From: Trichinella spiralis
Lineage: Eukaryota
NCBI RefSeq assembly: GCF_000181795.1
Contig: NW_003526943.1
Coordinates: forward strand, 8,033,792-8,097,791
DNA: 64,000 bases
Direction: 5' to 3'
Each line of letters begins with the position of its first letter. Positions within the stretch are counted from its first letter, which is position 1. Below the pieces are notes generated by a model. The model did not search any database, had not been told where the DNA came from, and saw nothing but the letters and a program-made list of their open reading frames with translations. Shown piece by piece: positions 57,501 to 64,000 of the stretch. The translations under genes were made by a program, and so were the position numbers.

Positions 57501-58582
57501 AAGCTTTTTGGAATTGTAAATTATTATAAAATTCAAATGAATAAATTGTACTGCTTTATTCATTTGAATTCGTTATTCATATTTATTTAAAAACGTTTAT
57601 TTCATAAATGAAATCTTTTACATGAATTAATTAATTTTAAAATTCAGTTTAAAGTAATGTTTTAAAGTAAATGTTCGTCATAAAATGAATACTCTCACTG
57701 CAAACGAAACAGTTTGACAACTGCTTTTTATAATTATTAAATATAACTTGATAATTGGGTAAAAATAAATTTAATTGCATTATAATTTATGATGAGCAAT
57801 GGAAATTTTAACTTTATTTCTTTACCGAATCCAATTCATTACTGAACTGAAGCTTCCTTCTGTTTCAGCTGTTGCATTGTGAATTGCTAATTTTATTTCT
57901 CCTCTGTCAGGCATATCTGTTTGTTAATTCTCTTGCCGCTTGAGAAAAGCTGTGAAAAATTACTTCTTGCATACTTTTAGTCCAAATAGGAAGTGGCAAT
58001 TATTTATTACAGTAATTTATAGTTGATGGTGATTGAAATGCAAGACTGAATTTTGAAATATCATCAACTAAATCATAAATAAAAGTGCAATTTTGATCAT
58101 TGCTATTATCATTTTTCATAAATGTATCAAATTAATTTTTAAAATAATTTTAAATTGAATCTACTCAAATGAATGTCAATTTGAAATTTTATAAATTTTA
58201 ACATCCAAGAAGAATTAACAATAATAATTGGGGAAATATCAAATATCAAATGCAAAAAAATTACAGTAGAAAGGATACGTGCATATCACGTGCGCACATG
58301 TGTTCAAATATAGAAGAAATGAAGATTAATTTTATGTTAATAAGCGTTCCGGAAAAGTTGTTGTAAAGTGATAAATCTGTATATTCTTTCATTTAAAGCA
58401 CCATGCATGGAAAAATTAGCAGAAATATGTATAATTTTGAATGAAGAAATTTTTTCCCATAAAAGAATATCAGAATAATTTTACTTTGTAAAAATCATCT
58501 TCGACAATAAAAATGCAAGCAATAATTTTTGGAAAACTCTCGTTGAAGAAGGATAATTTCAGTTTAAAAGCTTTTAATCGCA

Positions 58583-59635
58583 ATGCTGGCAGTACAGAAT
58601 AGACGTTACAGCTTGGAAGAAGTGGATGCGCGACATTTCAAAAAAGTTTGCGTTGTCGCGCACATTTTAGCTATCACTGAGCTTCTTTTAATTGGCTTTT
58701 GGATGAACAACTTCTGCGGCGGTTTTCGATGGAATGGACCTCCAGAATCTATGTTCACGTATCATCCACTTTTTATGACGTTTAGCTTGCAATTTTTATT
58801 AGGCGAAGGTGAGAGGCTTTGTTTAGTCATTTTGTAATAAAATGGAAATTGTTTTTTTTTTTCATTAAACAATTTACTTTCAGCCATCATGATATACAGA
58901 ATGCTTCGCTACGTGAGCAAAAAGATCAGCAAGTGTTGTCATATTGTTCTGCATTCGATCGTATTTATATTTTTTGTCATTGCACTCAAGGCAGTGTTCA
59001 ATTCCCACAATTACAGTCTACCTGCAACACCGAATTTGTATACTCTTCACAGTTGGCTCGGATTGACAGTAGTATTGATATTTTGCATGCAGGTTTGAAT
59101 GTTTTATTATTATAACATGTATTTTTATTTGAACTTGTTTAATTAAATTTAAAATTTCATAATTTGGGTGGGTACTTTAAGCCAATTATTGAAAATGTTT
59201 TAAAATGAAGCAGAACATGTTCGGTATTATAACATTTATAAATTTAAATTTAGTATATATTCGGCTTTATGGCTTACTTTTATCCTGGATTCACTCTGAT
59301 AACTCGTCAAATTTATTTACCAATTCACAAGTTTATTGGAATTGCTATTTTCATTGCATCTACTGGAGCTGCTTTGATGGGAATATCAGAAAAAGCAGCT
59401 TGGCATATCAAGTATGCATGATTAAAATATAAATTAGACAAAAAACAAACAGTTTATTTATTTATTTTTAATCAGGTGTTGGAGCTCATTTTGTTCAGAA
59501 GGACTTCTGGCTAATTTTTCGGGCCTGGTCATTTTATTTTACGCATTAGCTGTTGTGTACTTGGTGGTCTGCGAACGATTTCGCCGTGAAAGTTTGCCGC
59601 AAGAAGAAGAAGCGCATGATCTTTTAGAACAATGA
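58583..59635 (+). CDS. Cytochrome b561 family ascorbate-dependent ferric reductase, paralog A (4 coding exons, 250 aa)
   Basis: Exons 58583-58808, 58884-59092, 59254-59411, 59476-59635. FTYHPLFM, KCCHIVLH, PNLYTLHSWLG, PIHKF (four heme-ligand His), GISEK; six TM segments. Confidence 0.92.
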
Positions 59636-62302
59636 GATATGTAAGATATCGTCAGTATACTTTTTATATATTAATAATTTTCGTAGATAAACACCTTCAT
59701 TTATATTTTCCTAAAATTATGTATAATAATTGTTATTAAAAGATTACATTTTTCTATGATATCACTATTGTAATTTGAATTAGCAATTATGAAATTGAAT
59801 AATTTGTTAAAATTTTATTGAATGAAATCGGTCAATTTTAACTTTGATTATTTGAAATAATAATAAATGTAATAGTGTAGTTGAAATGAAGAATTCTATT
59901 TAGTGATATTGTGGTAAAATTGCTTTTGGTCGTCTAAGCGCTTTGTCGATGATGTGTGATGTGTAATGTGATGTTGATAATGCAGAAAAGTTGCCGAAAG
60001 CCCCGAAAATGTGCAAATATTAATATTATCGTTCGTATCACTTTCATATTCCGTGCAAATACGATCGTTTGGAGTGCTTCAAATTTCATTGAATCACAAT
60101 AATCATATGAATCAAAGCTTTGGCTTGGAAATAATCCAACATTACTTAGTTCTTTGATAATAATATATGTATTATTTTTTGTCTTTGTGCCATTCAGAAT
60201 AAAGAATGTTGCAGTGATGAGATTTTTCATTATCAAAAAGGACAGCATTTTGATAGCCCATATCAAATAGGAAAAGCTGGCTTTAGTGAAACTGATGGCA
60301 CCGATGACCTTTGACAAAACTTATCAGGTCAAATAACTTTGCATCAGTTATTAATAGAATAATAATCAGTGTTGAAGGTCGCTTTTACATCCATTGTTTT
60401 TATAAATAACACTCTGCAAGTGTAAAGAATTAATTTCAAATTTCGAAGCAGAGCAGCCAGCATTTGGGGAATTTCATTGAAATGTAAGCGAGTTATCAAA
60501 TTTATATACATATATATATTTTATTATCGCTTTCCATCACAGAAGCATCCATCTCTAAGTCACAACATTACAAAACTTGGTCTGCTAGTTGTTTTTTTTA
60601 CAGTATTTGGACTAAATTTAAAGAATTTATACATTAAACTGTTTTTCAGTCGAAAAAGCAGTTTCACTTTAGAAACTTGCTCTTATTGTTATTTCTGCTT
60701 CGTTCAACGATAAATTAGCAGACAATACAAATTCGTACATAGTGTGCTCAAAAAAATGTTATAGTATTGCTACTGTATTTATTTGTCGAAAAAAATTTTC
60801 GGTCATCGAAATATTTCAAATTTCAAAAATTATGTTTTCACACTGGAAAAGCATCAATGAAAGTGTTTGTTTGTTCGTTAAAATTGTTCTTTTTTTTGCA
60901 TGTTAACTTTGATCAACGTCATCGATTGAAATCTGATTTTCAAATGTTCACGCCAGTATGAAAGTAATTTAAAAAGAAAAGATGATTCATTTTTATTTTA
61001 TTTTTAAAAACATTTCATTTTGAATATGATGATCATTGTTATGATGTTTTCTTTCTGTTGTGACAATTTTAAAACGCATCTTTGTTGTTTAACAAATAAC
61101 CAAACAACAATTGAAAATTATTACTGTAATAAACTGTTTATGTATGAGAATTTTCCAAACACAATTTTGATTAATGAGCTTTTTTTATACGTCTGTTTCG
61201 AGCGGTTCGGTTAACTGATTGTTACTTTGATTTCATCCAGTTCGTGCTGCTTTTGCTGGCATTGATTGCAAGTGAAAACGTGTTTTTGCTGTGAAATTAT
61301 TTAAAGTTTAAATAATAACCCGCGGGCAAGTGGAGCAGCTGACGTGAAGAAGAAATAAATTGTTTTCACTGACTAGCTTCATATTTTGCACTGCTCTAGC
61401 AGCGACCACCGACAAAAGAGGTTGTTTTCATCATCAGGCCGACTCTGCAAGTACAGTAAGCTCTGCTTTTTTTTCCTTTAAATCTAATAAAAAAGATTGA
61501 AACAACTGAAAGAAGATATTGATGTTCTGTTTTAATTTCCCATTAACTTAATCTGCTCAATTTGCATCGCTTCTTCGTGCATATTTCCAACTGTATTCCA
61601 TTGTGATAATTAAGTTAATTACTGTTTATTTCTTTTATTCAATTCAAAATAAGCTTGAATGAGCATATAATCACGAACAAGTTTGATTATTCTGATCCAA
61701 CACTTTAATGAAACAAACTCCACTGCTTCCTGTCCGGGTTGCGTAAGAATAATGAATGCTTAAAAAGCATTTTAAAACAACCTTTTTGAATGAACATTGG
61801 TTTTTTCAAATCTTCAGCTTAAAGTTGAAAATAATTTCTGTAACTTTATTTGTAAAAAATTTAAATAATGGCATAGCTCATGAATTCAATTTTCCTTTCT
61901 GAAACTTGTTTTTACTTGTTTGTTGCATTCTTTTAGGTTCTTTATTTCTTTCTTTCTTTCTTGGTCTGGCACGTGTTGTGATGCTTTGATTGCTCATAGT
62001 GAGCCTATCTGTTATTCCAGTTTGAAATAAATTATTTATCTAAAATGCCTTTGCATATATTCGCTTTTTACCAGTAAATGTATAATGGGAGTTGAAGAAA
62101 GCTATTCAAAAAAGTTTCAATTCAACTCTTATCAAAGCTCAAAACATCTTTTTGTAATGTTCTTTACAAAGAAATCATCATTGCTTCTTGCAATAATTGC
62201 ATCTATTATTAAATTAGTAGCAAAAATTCGAATTTCACATAAACTTACATTAGAATATCTTGAGAAATGGTTTTGAGTTGTACTTTTATTTCAGTTATTC
62301 CA

Positions 62303-63242
62303 ATGGCTACTACAAAAGAAAGGTCAATAATAGCTAGCCAAAGTGGTCGGTACTGTTTTAACACCATTTGTACAATTTCGCATTTACTTGGCATTTCTAC
62401 GGCTACACTTATTGGAATATGGATGGGTGTACATGGCGGTGGTTTTGACTGGAATGGCAATTGGAAATCTCAATTCACTTTTCATCCTCTTTTCATGGCT
62501 CTCGGCTTGCAATTTCTTTTTGGAGAAGGTAACTTTTAAGCATTGCAATTTTTATCTCACTTTATTACAATATACGTGTTATTGTTATTATTAGCTATTT
62601 TAATTTTTCGAATGTTTCCATTTACCAACAAAAAATTACTGAAAATTGGACACGGCGTGTTGCATGCTTCGGCAATGGTATTGTTTGCTTTTGCACTGAT
62701 TGCCGCCTTCAGATCTCACAGCACTGCAGCGATACCTGATTTGTATACTTTCCACAGTTGGATAGGAATAGCTCTTGTAGCTTGTTATGTTCTTCAAGTA
62801 AGTAACTTTTGCGAGATCAGTTGCTTATTGTATAATTAATATTTCTGTTAAACAATTTATGCTCATAAATTATTCGAACATTGCAAATTTCAGTTTTTAT
62901 TCGGGCTTGTAATATTTTTTCTACCTGTGATTGGCGAATCTATTCGAAAAATGTACCTTCCCATTCATAAAGTTGCCGGAATTATCATGTTCATCGTTTC
63001 AAGTGCAACATGCCTGACTGGAATAACAGAAAAAGCAGCCTGGAGTGTAGCGTATGTATTAAATGTATTTAAAATATTTAAAAAATATATTTGAATTCAT
63101 TTTTTCTAGAGATTGGAAACTGTTCAGCCCTGAAGGATTGTTGGTTAATTTTTCCGCGTTAAGTTTGATTTTATATTCAATATCTGTGACGTATTTAGTC
63201 ATGTGCAATCGTTTCAAACGTATTTCTTTGTTTAACGGATGA
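62303..63242 (+). CDS. Cytochrome b561 family ascorbate-dependent ferric reductase, paralog B (4 coding exons, 239 aa)
   Basis: Exons 62303-62528, 62595-62797, 62894-63051, 63110-63242, same intron positions and phases as paralog A. FTFHPLFM, KIGHGVLH, PDLYTFHSWIG, PIHKV, GITEK. Confidence 0.92.
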
Positions 63243-64000
63243 TATTATTTAGCATGCTGTTTTTCATTAGATGCCATTTAAATTCCTGAGCAGTGAATAT
63301 TGTTATTCATGAAGTGAAAAAGCAACTTTTCATCTACATTAAAAAGCCACCGATTAATTTTCTTTGCTTATATATACTTTGTAGTACATCATTTTCTTTC
63401 AAACTGACATTTTTATGATTATTATGCGTATGAAGTTTTTTTAATAGGAATTTGTAAAAGAAAAATGTTTTTAAAATTTAACTAATGTTTATAAAACAAA
63501 ATTGTAAATGCATTGATTAATTAGTAGAATTGAATTCAATTCTCATAAATAAAACTATATCTTTGTTGTACTACTGCTTGTTGTTGGTTGCTATTGATAA
63601 AAAATAAGAATCAATATCATTCATAAATTTAAATCAATTATAATATTAAAATTAAATCAATTGTAATAATTTTTGTTTTGAATTTTCAAACAGATTATTG
63701 TTAATTATGGTTAGATTTGTTGGTTGGTGATTGAAGTGATTGAAAATCGAATGTACAATGAATGAAAGGCAAGTAAAATACGACGTGTAATATAAATTTA
63801 TTTGAAGCATGTGCAGTTTGATGATGAAAAAATTAAAGTGGAAGAAAATCAACAAGAACAGTGTTGAACGGTAAAGGATGCAAAGGCAAAAGAAAGCGCT
63901 GCCGAAGGCCGGCAGTGTACGGTGGCAGTGCGCAGCAAAGTTCACATTTTACAAATTGTTCTTTTTTTTCTCAAAACACTGTTACTGTGCTTCAAAGCTA

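Overview
AT-rich eukaryotic genomic DNA with many short GT-AG introns and TTTCAG/TTTTAG acceptors. It looks nematode-like; Trichinella or a related clade I nematode is my inference, not something the sequence proves. In order: the first coding exon and long first intron of a CUX1/CASP gene (minus); a Tigger/pogo relic; a solo LTR; two identical tRNA-Asp genes; a compact cluster (syntaxin-18, Iwr1/SLC7A6OS, SH2B adaptor, RPB11, EFTUD2/Snu114); a second probable solo LTR; tRNA-Ala; a serpentine GPCR; a hAT/Buster relic; ANKRD10-like; an MPP7-like MAGUK; CHMP3/VPS24; and two tandem cytochrome b561 paralogs. The most unusual object is a 129-bp element at 52486-52614 with complete LTR-retrotransposon cis-architecture (LTR-PBS-internal-PPT-LTR), whose LTRs are only 15 bp, apparently the two att ends fused. 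Other highlights: a probable EFTUD2-RPB11 operon with a Ur-like element, a CTCF-like motif carried by a solo LTR, and divergence of targeting signals between the b561 paralogs. All gene calls come from manual splicing and remembered motifs; no database search was run.
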